Source: Candidatus Saccharibacteria bacterium UBA1932 (GTDB lineage: Bacteria > Patescibacteriota > Saccharimonadia > Saccharimonadales > Saccharimonadaceae). Taken from it: a stretch of 64,000 nucleotides of DNA. The position numbers and the translations under genes are program-made. This document shows positions 18,031-26,811 of the stretch, in pieces (the first letter of the stretch is position 1; each line of letters begins with the position of its first letter). The notes below the pieces were generated by a model. It did no database searches. It saw only the letters and a program-made list of their open reading frames with translations, and was not told the origin of the DNA. The DNA is taken from NCBI GenBank assembly GCA_002337095.1, contig DDFI01000001.1, positions 57,546-121,545 of the forward strand. Direction: 5' to 3'.

Positions 18031-18276
18031 TTATCCTTTCTTCTTAAATTTTTTGACCTGAGAAATAATGAGCTTTGCCAGCAATGCCGGCGATGTGACC
18101 TTGGTCACGTTGGCCACCACGTTTTCGATATTCAGCGCGGCACGTTCTGCGGTCGTAGTGATGTTTTTGATCTGACGCGTCACTTTGATAAGTAGCACGA
18201 CCAGAACCACTGCGAGTAGCAGGAACAGCGCGAGAAACACCGATAGGATGATGACGAGGATGTGGGCCCAATCCAT
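18031..18276 (-). CDS. DUF948/YoxC-like membrane protein
   Basis: Long TM helix followed by amphipathic helix, upstream of ytxH; AGGAG before ATG 18276. Confidence 0.7.
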   Translation of the reverse strand: MDWAHILVIILSVFLALFLLLAVVLVVLLIKVTRQIKNITTTAERAALNIENVVANVTKVTSPALLAKLIISQVKKFKKKG

Positions 18277-18360
18277 GAGCTCTCCTTTTCCTGTTAGGTT
18301 GATACTGTTACTAGTATACACGCCTTTTGCGGCGATGAGCTGTGAAAAACTTCACGAAGA

Positions 18361-19248
18361 TCAAAACTTGCCGCGTAAATGATCGCGTAGGGCCGGCCCT
18401 AATCGCGGGTGATCGAGGCCAAAATCGATAACAGTCTTGAGATATTCGAGCTTATCGCCCGTATCATAGAATTTGCCACCGGTGATTTCGCGAGCATAGA
18501 CACCGTAGCCATCGTCGATCATTTGCTGCATGATTGGCTGCAGCATTAGCTCGCCACCACCATCATGCGTCGAGCTAGCGCGATCGATATAGTCGAATAC
18601 TTCAGGCGTGAGCAAATAGCCGCTGACACTGGCGAGGTCGCTAGGCGCGTTAGCTTTGCCGGGTTTTTCGACAAATTTTGCGACCTTGAGCGTTGATGCA
18701 TCGGCCTCGGCGCCGGCCACCACCCCATAGCGGTCGTACTCGTCGTCGCTAAGCATTTTCTTGCAAGCCAGTACCGAGCCATTAAATTTGGTATACGTCT
18801 CGATCAGCTGCTTGGTGCGTCCGGGTTTTGCCACAAAAAAGTCGTCGGCAAATGTATAAATAAACGGCTCATTGCCAATCAAATGCGCTGCACATTGCAC
18901 CGGCGTGGCGTTGCCATAGGGACCTTTTTGGCGCAGATAGATAAAATTCGCCATGTTTGCGATGTCTTCGATTTGCTGGAGTAATGGCCTCTTCTTGTCC
19001 CCGCCAGCGCGAAGATTATTCAGCAGATCCTCATTCGGCAGATCAAAATGATCTTCAATCGCACGCTTATTACTGCTACCGACAATAATAATATCGCTGA
19101 TACCGGCGTCTACCAGCTCTTCCACAACATATTGGATAATCGGCTTGTCGATCAGCGGCATCATTTCCTTGGGCATGGCCTTGGTCTGCGGCAAAAACCG
19201 CGTGCCGAAACCTGCGGCTGCAATAATCGCTTTAGTTGGTCGTTGCAT
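18361..19248 (-). CDS. galU: UTP-glucose-1-phosphate uridylyltransferase
   Basis: KAIIAAAGFGTRFLPQTKAMPKEM, KRAIEDHFD, RQKGPYG, VEKP, YDTGDK. Confidence 0.93.
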   Translation of the reverse strand: MQRPTKAIIAAAGFGTRFLPQTKAMPKEMMPLIDKPIIQYVVEELVDAGISDIIIVGSSNKRAIEDHFDLPNEDLLNNLRAGGDKKRPLLQQIEDIANMANFIYLRQKGPYGNATPVQCAAHLIGNEPFIYTFADDFFVAKPGRTKQLIETYTKFNGSVLACKKMLSDDEYDRYGVVAGAEADASTLKVAKFVEKPGKANAPSDLASVSGYLLTPEVFDYIDRASSTHDGGGELMLQPIMQQMIDDGYGVYAREITGGKFYDTGDKLEYLKTVIDFGLDHPRLGPALRDHLRGKF

Positions 19249-19258
19249 GTTCCCCCTT

Positions 19259-20713
19259 TTATTTCTGTTGGTCTAATCGTTCGCGGATGAGTGTTTGCGC
19301 AAGGCCCGGGTTAGCTTTGCCCTGGGATTGTTTCATGACTTGGCCGACGAGATAGCCGATGGCTTTGTCTTTGCCGGCCGTGATATCAGCGATGCTGGTG
19401 GCACTGGCGGGATCGGTCATCACCGCATCGACAATCGCCGCAATCGCGCCCTCGTCGCTCACTTGCAGCAGGTTCTTTTCTTCGGCGATTTTCTTTGCAT
19501 CTTCTCTGCTAGTCGTAATCATTTCAAAGAATATCGTCTCTGCGCTATTCGAACTTACCTGATTGGCGTCGACCATTTGCGACAGTTGCACCAGGCCATT
19601 GGTAATGTCAGCGCCGGCATGGTAGCCACGCGTTTCATCGCCAACACATTTCATCAGCCAAAAGCTGGTTTTGCGCGCGGCCGCGATATCGATGTCAATG
19701 AGCCGATTGACGAGCTGCGCGGCGTCAGGAGAATCAAGTAGCGTGTTTACCACTGATTTATCAAGGTGTAGCCCAGCCCACTTGGCGCGGTACTCTGGCG
19801 GCAGCATCGGCACTTCGGCCTGCACGCTCGCAATCTGCTCGGGCGTCAGGACCACTGGCGGAATGTCGGCGTCGGGCATGTAGCGGTAGTCCTGGGCGTC
19901 TTCTTTGCTGCGCTGGCTGGTTGTGATCTGCTTGGCATCGTTCCAGCCGCGAGTTTCTTGCACCACGCGCTCGCCTCGCTCCAGCAATTCCACCTGGCGG
20001 CGGAACTCGTATTCGACTGCGCGTTCGATACTACGAAAACTATTGAGGTTTTTGATTTCGGCGCGCGTGCCCAACGTGTTGCTATCCGCCGGCGCCACCG
20101 AAATATTAACATCAAATCGCTGGTTGCCATGGTATAGGTCGCCGCGCGACACACCGGCGTACATCATCAGGCGGTGCAGCTCTTGGCAAAATGCCTTGGC
20201 TTCGGCGCTGCTGTGCATGTCTGGCTCGGTGACGATTTCGATCAGCGGCGTGCCAGCGCGATTGTAGTCGGCCAGCGTATAATCACCATAGTGAGTTAGC
20301 TTGCCGGCATCAGATTCTAGATGCGCGTGATGAATACGAACCCGCACTACGCCGCCATCCTCGAGTGGCGCTTCGACTACACCGGCCAGAATGGTTGGCT
20401 CGTACATCTGGGTGATTTGGTAGCCATTTGGCAAATCAGGATAGAAATAATGCTTGCGATCGAAACGGCTGACATGCGCCACATCGGCATTGAGCGCTTT
20501 TGCTGCCCGAATCGCCAGGTTGATCGCCTCGCGGTTGAGGATCGGCAGCATGCCCGGCAAACCATAATCGATGAGGTGCACTTTGCTATTTGGCGATGCG
20601 TCGCGGGCGTCATTGTCGGCCGGGCTAAATAATTTGGTAGCAGTAGCCAGCTGCACGTGGCTTTCGATGCCAATAGTCATGCGGTACTTGGCCAGGGTTT
20701 CGGGCGTGATCAT
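19259..20713 (-). CDS. gatB: Asp/Glu-tRNA amidotransferase subunit B
   Basis: IGIESHVQL, FDRKHYFYPDLP, NRAGTPLIEIVTEP, DYRYMPD, GYLVGQVMK. Confidence 0.98.
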   Translation of the reverse strand: MITPETLAKYRMTIGIESHVQLATATKLFSPADNDARDASPNSKVHLIDYGLPGMLPILNREAINLAIRAAKALNADVAHVSRFDRKHYFYPDLPNGYQITQMYEPTILAGVVEAPLEDGGVVRVRIHHAHLESDAGKLTHYGDYTLADYNRAGTPLIEIVTEPDMHSSAEAKAFCQELHRLMMYAGVSRGDLYHGNQRFDVNISVAPADSNTLGTRAEIKNLNSFRSIERAVEYEFRRQVELLERGERVVQETRGWNDAKQITTSQRSKEDAQDYRYMPDADIPPVVLTPEQIASVQAEVPMLPPEYRAKWAGLHLDKSVVNTLLDSPDAAQLVNRLIDIDIAAARKTSFWLMKCVGDETRGYHAGADITNGLVQLSQMVDANQVSSNSAETIFFEMITTSREDAKKIAEEKNLLQVSDEGAIAAIVDAVMTDPASATSIADITAGKDKAIGYLVGQVMKQSQGKANPGLAQTLIRERLDQQK

Positions 20714-21132
20714 CAGATTGCCCCCAGGTCTTTAAGCGCACGCTTGAATGCGATCAGCGCACGCTTGGCCTCGTCGTAACTAACAGCCACGTTCGTCTCG
20801 TGCGCCAAACGATTGCGCAATTTGTGTGCCTCCCACAGTTCATTGGCGTTAGACCATGTATCGCGGGCCGATTTCAGCCTATCACCCATAGTTTCGCCCT
20901 GATAGCGGCTGTCGCGCAGGGCGCGGTCAACCAGCTTGTCGGCGTTAAGCACTGCCAAAATGTGGCTGCTCGGCTCGTCGCGCGAAAGGTTATTTTCGAT
21001 CTTGAGCCAATCCGCCTGATAACGAGCTTGGTCTACATGCCGCGGCGCGTGCTTGGTAAAAGCCATGATAGTCAAGAACAGCGCGCCCACAATCACAATC
21101 GCCACCAAGAAAATCACCGATGTCATATCCAT
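20713..21132 (-). CDS. Hypothetical membrane-anchored protein within the gat operon
   Basis: N-terminal TM helix; stop overlaps the gatB start. Confidence 0.8.
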   Translation of the reverse strand: MDMTSVIFLVAIVIVGALFLTIMAFTKHAPRHVDQARYQADWLKIENNLSRDEPSSHILAVLNADKLVDRALRDSRYQGETMGDRLKSARDTWSNANELWEAHKLRNRLAHETNVAVSYDEAKRALIAFKRALKDLGAI

Positions 21133-21134
21133 AA

Positions 21135-22535
21135 TTATACCTCCTCCATCTGATGCGCCAGCGACATAAGCAGGGCATCGGCGCGGTAGGCACCAATGAG
21201 TTGCACGCCGATCGGCAGGCCATCGGGCGTCGTGCCAGCCGGTACGCTGAGTGCTGGGAGGCCGGCCAGGCTTGGCGGCACGGTCATCACGTCGGCCAGA
21301 TACATCTTGACCGGATCGCTGGTGTTCTCGCCAATGCCAAATGCGGGCGTAGGCGCCGTTGGCGACAGCAGCACGTCGTACGTCTCGAATAGTTTGCGAT
21401 AGGCATCAATCAGCAACGTGCGAGCTTTTTGGGCTTGCTGGTAATAGGCGTCAAAATAGCCACTTGACAGCACGTAACTACCGATCATAATGCGGCGTTT
21501 GTTTTCGGTTACAAAGCCTTGGTCGCGGCTGCGGCCGTATAGTTCAGCCAGTGTCGAGGCGCTAGCGCGGCGGCCATACCGCACGCCGTCGTAGCGCGCC
21601 AGGTTGCTGCTAATCTCGGCCGGTACGATGATATAGTACATGGCGAGGGCGGACTTCATGATAGGCAGGTTGACGGTGTCGACCGTGTGGCCAGCGGCGC
21701 GCAGGCGCTCGACAAATTGATCGGTGGCATGACGCACACTATCGTCGACGCCCGTGTCGATGGTTTCGGCGATAACGCCGATCTTTAGCGGCCGAACGTT
21801 GGCAGGCAGCGGCGCAAAAAAGTCTGGCAATGTGGTGCCATCCCGCGGATCCTGGCCCGCCATGACATCCATCACCAGCTCGACATCTTCGATCGTGCGC
21901 GCGAAACAGCCGATGGTGTCGGTGCTTGATGCCATCGCCACCACGCCGTAGCGGCTGACCGTGCCGTAGCTTGGCTTAATACCGTACACGCCGTTAAAGC
22001 TCGCCGGCTGGCGAATTGATCCACCTGTATCGCTTCCCAGTGCAAACGGCACGACATCGAGCGCCGTCACGACCGCCGAGCCACCACTGCTGCCACCAGC
22101 TACGCGCGATTGGTCGACGGCGTTATGCGTGACACCATAGGCCGAATTCTCGGTGCTGCCACCATGGGCAAAGGCATCGAGGTTCGACTTGCCGATGCAG
22201 ATTGCGCCCTCGGCTTCGAGTTTTTCGACAGCAGTTGCCTGCAGTGGCGCGTGGAAGTTTTCGAGGATCTTGCTCGCGGCAGTCGTGGGGGCACCAAACG
22301 CCAAAAAATTATCCTTCACCACAAACGGCACGCCGGCCAATCGGCCAACATCTTTGCCGGCCGCCACTCGCGCATCAATATCGTCAGCACGCTTTAGGGC
22401 GCGCTCGTCGGTCAGCGCCAGTAGTGCATGATACTCCGAGATGCTACGGGCCTGCGCCAGTGCGTGCTCAACCAACGCCCGTGCCGTGGTGGTGCCGGCG
22501 GTTACATCGTTGACTAGCTGCGAAATGGTGGCCAT
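21135..22535 (-). CDS. gatA: Asp/Glu-tRNA amidotransferase subunit A
   Basis: Amidase signature GGSSGGSA...GSDTGGSIRQPA; SSNLARYDGVRYG. Confidence 0.98.
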   Translation of the reverse strand: MATISQLVNDVTAGTTTARALVEHALAQARSISEYHALLALTDERALKRADDIDARVAAGKDVGRLAGVPFVVKDNFLAFGAPTTAASKILENFHAPLQATAVEKLEAEGAICIGKSNLDAFAHGGSTENSAYGVTHNAVDQSRVAGGSSGGSAVVTALDVVPFALGSDTGGSIRQPASFNGVYGIKPSYGTVSRYGVVAMASSTDTIGCFARTIEDVELVMDVMAGQDPRDGTTLPDFFAPLPANVRPLKIGVIAETIDTGVDDSVRHATDQFVERLRAAGHTVDTVNLPIMKSALAMYYIIVPAEISSNLARYDGVRYGRRASASTLAELYGRSRDQGFVTENKRRIMIGSYVLSSGYFDAYYQQAQKARTLLIDAYRKLFETYDVLLSPTAPTPAFGIGENTSDPVKMYLADVMTVPPSLAGLPALSVPAGTTPDGLPIGVQLIGAYRADALLMSLAHQMEEV

Positions 22536-22537
22536 CG

Positions 22538-22828
22538 CTATAATACCTTTGGTACTTCTACTTGATTGTCACGCGATGTAGGCGCCAACGCCAGCAGGGC
22601 TTCGCGATCGGCGGTATCGTGCTGGATGGTGTCGTCGCGCATGACATTTTGCAGGCCCGTCACCTGATAGGTCGGCGCCACGCCCTCGGTATCGAGCGCG
22701 CCCAGCTCCCCAATATAGGCCAAGATATTGCCCAGATCCACGCGCAGATCCTCGACCTCCTGATCATCCAGGCTCAAACTACTCAGCTGCGCGAGATGCC
22801 GCACATCATCACTAGAAATATCGCTCAT
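22538..22828 (-). CDS. gatC: Asp/Glu-tRNA amidotransferase subunit C
   Basis: ISSDDVRHLAQLSSL...EVPKVL; position upstream of gatA. Confidence 0.95.
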   Translation of the reverse strand: MSDISSDDVRHLAQLSSLSLDDQEVEDLRVDLGNILAYIGELGALDTEGVAPTYQVTGLQNVMRDDTIQHDTADREALLALAPTSRDNQVEVPKVL

Positions 22829-23029
22829 TACTTCTATTATACCTCACTTGTGATGTGAGTAAAGCCGTTGCCACCATGGAGGCGAGGACTTTTGGCACGG
22901 CCCCAGGCATATAGCGTGACTCTGAATTTTCGTGATTTGTAATATAGCGATGTCCATTCCCAGGTTTTGGATAGATCAGTAGCTTGTATGGCGAAGCAGG
23001 TACCTGTGGGGTCTTTGGTGATGAGGCTG

Positions 23030-23341
23030 TTAAAACTGCATACTGCCCAGCGCTAGAAAAACTATAGACTGAGCAATAATGATGCCATTTATTACTCCAG
23101 CTAGTATCCCTGCAATACGCCACCCTTCTCGCGCATAACGAAAAGTTATCCATGCATTACAAAGAAAGACGATTACGCTCACGAGAATAACCTGTCTCGC
23201 AAGACTATTAACAGCCATTCGTTCCATACTGCTACTATATGCTCTGGAAACAATACCTAAAATGGCTGCAACAACCCACGCGGTGAGTATGGATAGCTTT
23301 GCGAAGATACTTACTTCTTTTTCATCATATTTATTACTCAC
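23030..23341 (-). CDS. Small membrane protein (3 predicted TM), candidate immunity/accessory gene 2
   Basis: Hydrophobic 103 aa; GTG start lies inside the duplicated 62-bp repeat. Confidence 0.75.
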   Translation of the reverse strand: MSNKYDEKEVSIFAKLSILTAWVVAAILGIVSRAYSSSMERMAVNSLARQVILVSVIVFLCNAWITFRYAREGWRIAGILAGVINGIIIAQSIVFLALGSMQF

Positions 23342-23397
23342 AATTCACCCCCCTCCGGTAATGTATTTAGTTTTATGAATCCAACCGGCATATAGAA
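23336..23397. repeat. Direct repeat copy A (62 bp) of the SGNH-gene 3' end
   Basis: ACTCACAATTCA-C6-TCCGGTAATGTATTTAGTTTTATGAATCCAACCGGCATATAGAA. Confidence 0.95.
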
Positions 23398-23462
23398 ACG
23401 CGTAGGAGGCTGGGCCTGTGGTATGATTCATTCAAGCCTAGTCAGCTAAACCTAGTTTAAGA

Positions 23463-23750
23463 TTACCACGCCGCCATACCTGATGAAAGCGCGATACAAA
23501 ACCATGTATAGGCACCCAGGATAAGCGACAAAGCGATAGTTACTACAGCCATACCGCCAATTGAATCTTTATAACGCACCAGACAGAATATGCCATAAAG
23601 TATAGCAAGAACAGGTATAGCCCCTACAATGTGCTTCATTTGCCGTACGAACACGGCGTGCGCCTCCGATGCAATGAGCATATTAATCAAGACTATAATG
23701 TCGACGCCCACAAGACCAACTTTATTTGCGCTCAATTTATTTTCACTCAC
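23463..23750 (-). CDS. Small membrane protein (3 predicted TM), candidate immunity/accessory gene 1
   Basis: Hydrophobic 95 aa; GTG start overlaps the end of the upstream hydrolase gene. Confidence 0.75.
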   Translation of the reverse strand: MSENKLSANKVGLVGVDIIVLINMLIASEAHAVFVRQMKHIVGAIPVLAILYGIFCLVRYKDSIGGMAVVTIALSLILGAYTWFCIALSSGMAAW

Positions 23751-26694
23751 AATTCACCCCCTCCGGTAATGTATTTAGTTTTATGAATCCAACCGGCATA
23801 TAGAAGCGGCGGTAAAGACTGAGCGTGTACATCGACTCCGAATATGGGAGCGGAATCATGGCAGAGCACACATTATTAGCTTTTGACAGGATGGTAGGAA
23901 TAGATTGGTTGGTATACATATGCATTACTACGCTATTGTACGTAGACTTGGTGTTTGCGGTCAAGCTTTTGGCAATGAGTAGTTGGCCGTCTGCATTGAC
24001 GTATTTGCGCATGCGGTCAGTCAACTGTTCATTAGGCGCGAGAATGTGATACAGATAGATACTTTTGGGGTCTTCGCCTTTGGCAACGATGCCGTTACGC
24101 GCGACGTAGGGAATGCCTGGTTTTGGTGGGACGGGCGGAGTAACGGGAGGCGTGGGCGGATCGGTAATTTGTGGATCACAAGCATCGTCGATGCCATCTT
24201 GATCGATATCTTTGCTGGATGGCGTGATGAATGGACCACATTTTTGAGACTTGTCGGGTACGCCATTGGCGTCGAGGTCGTTTGGATCTGAGCCCGTGAC
24301 GAGGATAGTTTGGGTATAGGTAATGGGTTCGCCCGAGTAGGTCTTCGCTGTAACAATCAGGGTATGGTAACCCACAGGCACGGTTTCAGGAATATTGATG
24401 GTGACGTTGGCCGACCCATCTGCACTTGGCTTAAACGTCCCTAGGTCGACCGGGTCGGAATGCAGAGATACTATGAATTCTGTGACAGGATTGACCATAT
24501 ATTCAGGTAGGCTAATAGTGAGTTTTTGGCCGCGATAGGCCTGGCCCGTAGTCAGCTCGACACTTTGCGACGGATCACTCCCCGCAAATTCTTTGGGCCT
24601 AGGTGGATTTTGTGCTCCCGTTCCAGTCTCAGGACAGACATATACGTTTGCGTCAGGGCATACTTGGTAGTCCGCCAGACTCTTGCCGTCTAACTTTTCT
24701 TTAATTGCTTCGGCAATCTTCTGCTGTCCCTTAGCATTGGGGTGATAGCTTTCTTGCACTTCGCTACTCCCCCACGCTGCGATGCCGGTAACATATGGTC
24801 CTTTGTTTTCGCATATCCTTCCACCCGATAGGGAGTGCTCAGTTTCGATATAATGCACGCCGGCAGCTTTTGCGGCAGATTCGATAACACTATTGAGATA
24901 CGTGGTTGCCTGAACAATCATAGTCAGCTCTTCGGCATTAAGCGATCCAGTATTTGACCCACAATCACCATATGGATAATCATTAACCAGCTGCGGATAG
25001 CCTAATACATATATTTTTGTTTGGCCGCCAGACGCGTCAATAAGATCTTTATATAGCTGTAGCAGGGTTGTATATTGTTGTTCTATCTCGCTGCCCAGCT
25101 TCGTTTTATTGTCTGTCGCCCAGCTACATGAGAGCAAACTCTTTAAGCAGTCGGTCAACTTATCTCCAAAATGAAGATCATTAGCCCCGGCAGTCAGCGT
25201 AATCACCTTCGGTTTGTATTTCTTCACGAATTCTATCTGCTCAACACGCCCAGGTATCATCGCGTTCAGTGCGACCGTCTGCAGCGTATCTTTGAATGTG
25301 TATCCAGCTAGTCGGTTATCTTGGCCCTGGTATGTGTAAAGATTGGCAAGGTTCGCGATATCATCAGTTTTTGCCCCGCTGCACGCTACCGAATCCCATT
25401 GACCTTTGGGCCCTTGTGTGAGGTTCATCCAGCTGGCAAGCAGGTATGGGTACGAGCGAGTGCTCTGGTGGCATTTTTCTCGCGGTTGGTTGGCGGCTTT
25501 GTTTTCTTCTTCGTCTGTGAATAGACGGTAGTATTTCTTATCGGTTGCAGAGTTTTTCTCGGTATCCCCCTCCCCGCTCGAAATTGAATCGCCGAGGGCG
25601 AGGTAGTCGAGCTGCTTGGGCTCGACGTAGTCGGCGCGTTTGATACGAATCGCCACATCTGTCCCCACGCCATTATTACTACCATCACGAAAGAACACGT
25701 TCAGCATGGCACTTGTCTCGTCATCACTAAATGCGGCAGGGATATTATCATCAAGAAAACGATACTGCGTATTGTACGTATCGGCAGCTCGCTGCACTAA
25801 TGTATCACTGGCTTGTACGGGGCAAAGTGAACTCTCCTGAGATGCCGGCAACTGATTCATTTGTATCGGTGACTGGCCACAGCTGCCGTCAATTGTATAA
25901 AAGCGCGTATTGATATAGCTGGGATTATTGCGTGCATCGCCCCGCGCGATCACAACCGACTTGCCGGTATTAGAGACTGCAGGTGACGCGCTCATACCAG
26001 GGGACCACATCGTTGCCGTCTCGAAACGTCGCGCCTGCATAGTGTCTAGATTGACAACCGCCGCGCCAGCATTACGAATATTTGTTACAAACCATTTGCC
26101 ATTAGCCGAAAAGCTGCCGTGGTCTAGATCGGACGGAGTATTAGTAGTGGGGTTCGTTAGCACATCTTGGCAGCCCTTGTAATCGTAGCTGTAGGTAGAA
26201 CCCGTAAGCGAAGTCGTACGTGTTAAATGACTGGCAAAATCCTTAACAATACACATGCTCGCGCCATAATACCCCATCGGATACGATTTCGCGATGATAT
26301 CCGAGTTTGGCACCATGCTATATGTGCCGCCATTAAGGCTATTAATCATATAGAACTGGCTGTCCGCACCAAATGATATCATATACTCCGTGCCATAGCT
26401 GTAGTTATCTGGATGAAAATATCCAAAACGCATAGCGTTGTGGCTCCAGTAGCACCCTGATTGCAGCTTTACGTACGTCGACACACGGACCATCTGCTGC
26501 GTACATTTGCTAACATCCGCAATACTCGACCGCGCTACCTCGGCCGTCAGCGCCCTATTTGCCCACGTCACCTCTGCGGCGCGTGCGGTGGTAAGCTGCA
26601 CAAGCGGCGGCAGGATAGCAAGTATGAGCGCGAGTAAACCCAGTACCGGCGTGGCTGACGTTAGTATATACTTGCGACGCAATTGTAGGCTCAT
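23743..26694 (-). CDS. Large secreted SGNH/GDSL hydrolase (lipase/esterase) multidomain protein
   Basis: Signal peptide (…TTARA-AE); blocks ALGDSISSG, VACSGA, ITLTAGANDL, YHPNAKG; Ca-binding TSP3-like DLDANGVPD / DIDQDGIDDACD; Pro-rich linker; GGAG before ATG 26694. Confidence 0.88.
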   Translation of the reverse strand: MSLQLRRKYILTSATPVLGLLALILAILPPLVQLTTARAAEVTWANRALTAEVARSSIADVSKCTQQMVRVSTYVKLQSGCYWSHNAMRFGYFHPDNYSYGTEYMISFGADSQFYMINSLNGGTYSMVPNSDIIAKSYPMGYYGASMCIVKDFASHLTRTTSLTGSTYSYDYKGCQDVLTNPTTNTPSDLDHGSFSANGKWFVTNIRNAGAAVVNLDTMQARRFETATMWSPGMSASPAVSNTGKSVVIARGDARNNPSYINTRFYTIDGSCGQSPIQMNQLPASQESSLCPVQASDTLVQRAADTYNTQYRFLDDNIPAAFSDDETSAMLNVFFRDGSNNGVGTDVAIRIKRADYVEPKQLDYLALGDSISSGEGDTEKNSATDKKYYRLFTDEEENKAANQPREKCHQSTRSYPYLLASWMNLTQGPKGQWDSVACSGAKTDDIANLANLYTYQGQDNRLAGYTFKDTLQTVALNAMIPGRVEQIEFVKKYKPKVITLTAGANDLHFGDKLTDCLKSLLSCSWATDNKTKLGSEIEQQYTTLLQLYKDLIDASGGQTKIYVLGYPQLVNDYPYGDCGSNTGSLNAEELTMIVQATTYLNSVIESAAKAAGVHYIETEHSLSGGRICENKGPYVTGIAAWGSSEVQESYHPNAKGQQKIAEAIKEKLDGKSLADYQVCPDANVYVCPETGTGAQNPPRPKEFAGSDPSQSVELTTGQAYRGQKLTISLPEYMVNPVTEFIVSLHSDPVDLGTFKPSADGSANVTINIPETVPVGYHTLIVTAKTYSGEPITYTQTILVTGSDPNDLDANGVPDKSQKCGPFITPSSKDIDQDGIDDACDPQITDPPTPPVTPPVPPKPGIPYVARNGIVAKGEDPKSIYLYHILAPNEQLTDRMRKYVNADGQLLIAKSLTANTKSTYNSVVMHMYTNQSIPTILSKANNVCSAMIPLPYSESMYTLSLYRRFYMPVGFIKLNTLPEGVNCE
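23745..23805. repeat. Direct repeat copy B (61 bp), in-frame 3' end of the SGNH gene
   Basis: Identical to copy A except C5 instead of C6. Confidence 0.95.
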
Positions 26695-26811
26695 AGCTAT
26701 CTCCCTAGTGCTTTCCCCTAGCATACCAGTATTTCATAAGCAAATAAATACTCGTGGTTATTTATACTACAACATTTGGGCAAAATACCACTTACGCTTA
26801 TAATAGAAGTA

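Noticed and set aside
21130-21145. TATAAT just upstream of the 20713-21132 gene as a leaderless promoter
   Set aside because: It is formed by the gatA GTA-TAA stop and is only 1 nt from the ATG; coupling within the operon explains it
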